From a virus: a stretch of DNA of 50,132 nt. The notes beneath the pieces were generated by a model. The model did not search any database, was not told the origin of the DNA, and was given only the letters and a program-made list of their open reading frames with translations. The position numbers were made by a program, and so were the translations under genes. This document shows, piece after piece, positions 50,082 through 50,132 of this stretch. The stretch lies in the IMG/VR virus record IMGVR_UViG_3300025897_000002; one strand, written 5' to 3'. Each line of letters begins with the position of its first letter. Position 1 is the first letter of the stretch.

Positions 50082-50132
50082 CCATGACTGACCCGACCGG
50101 CACACCCGAAGAGCGCGATTTGGCGTTCTGCG
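50034..50132. repeat. second copy of the window-end duplication (= 1-99); contains a partial duplicate of the CDS starting at 45 (here 50078-50132)
   Basis: Identical to 1-99. Confidence 0.95.

Noticed and set aside
1-50132. tRNA, tmRNA or rRNA genes
   Set aside because: I saw no GTTCGAATC/GGTTCRANYC T-loop-like motif with appropriate flanking stems in intergenic regions. The intergenic space is otherwise accounted for. Reading by eye is not exhaustive, so tRNAscan should confirm.

Overview
The window is one complete tailed-phage genome. Bases 1-99 are identical to 50034-50132, so the unit is 50,033 bp and either circularly closed by assembly or terminally redundant. I call about 95 tightly packed genes, mostly on the + strand, many joined by ATGA/TAATG stop-start overlaps.

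Layout:
(i) 49.1 kb, across the junction, to 1.1 kb: a translationally coupled early operon with an XRE-type HTH regulator, small Cys/Zn-ribbon proteins and a DnaA-domain-IV-like DNA-binding protein.
(ii) 1.1-7.3 kb: an unusual segment bracketed by two convergent arrays of strictly 34-bp-phased bipartite iterons (15 units, then 5-7 inverted units). Its genes (GP88-like, DUF932-like, acidic coiled-coil, EF-hand membrane protein) are separated by intrinsic terminators, each followed by a dense same-strand GTCGGG repeat cluster with strong G-quadruplex potential.
(iii) 7.4-10.5 kb: accessory genes, namely a SAM methyltransferase, a minus-strand cluster of very basic small proteins and an HTH-metallophosphoesterase.
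(iv) 10.5-40.9 kb: morphogenesis. A low-complexity protein is coupled to TerL, followed by portal, GroES-like protein, scaffold, decoration-like protein, major capsid, adaptor/tail/fibre genes, large internal or ejection-type proteins, and a holin-like gene plus M15 peptidase.
(v) 40.9-49.1 kb: an antisense RHH regulator, DUF1064, a Cas4/RecB-like nuclease, a Rad52-like annealase, SSB, a DUF968/HNH protein, a minus-strand TerS-like gene, an IS110 Tnp-domain-only protein, a SleB-like hydrolase and a DnaJ-type zinc-finger miniprotein.

I recognised no tRNA, rRNA, CRISPR array, integrase, DNA or RNA polymerase, helicase or primase. Gene content looks podovirus-like, with several families typical of marine phages, but host and taxonomy cannot be established from sequence reading alone. 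All family names are motif-level recognition by eye, not database hits.

The candidate novel system is the DnaA-domain-IV-like protein, the two facing iteron arrays, and the terminator-linked GTCGGG clusters between them.
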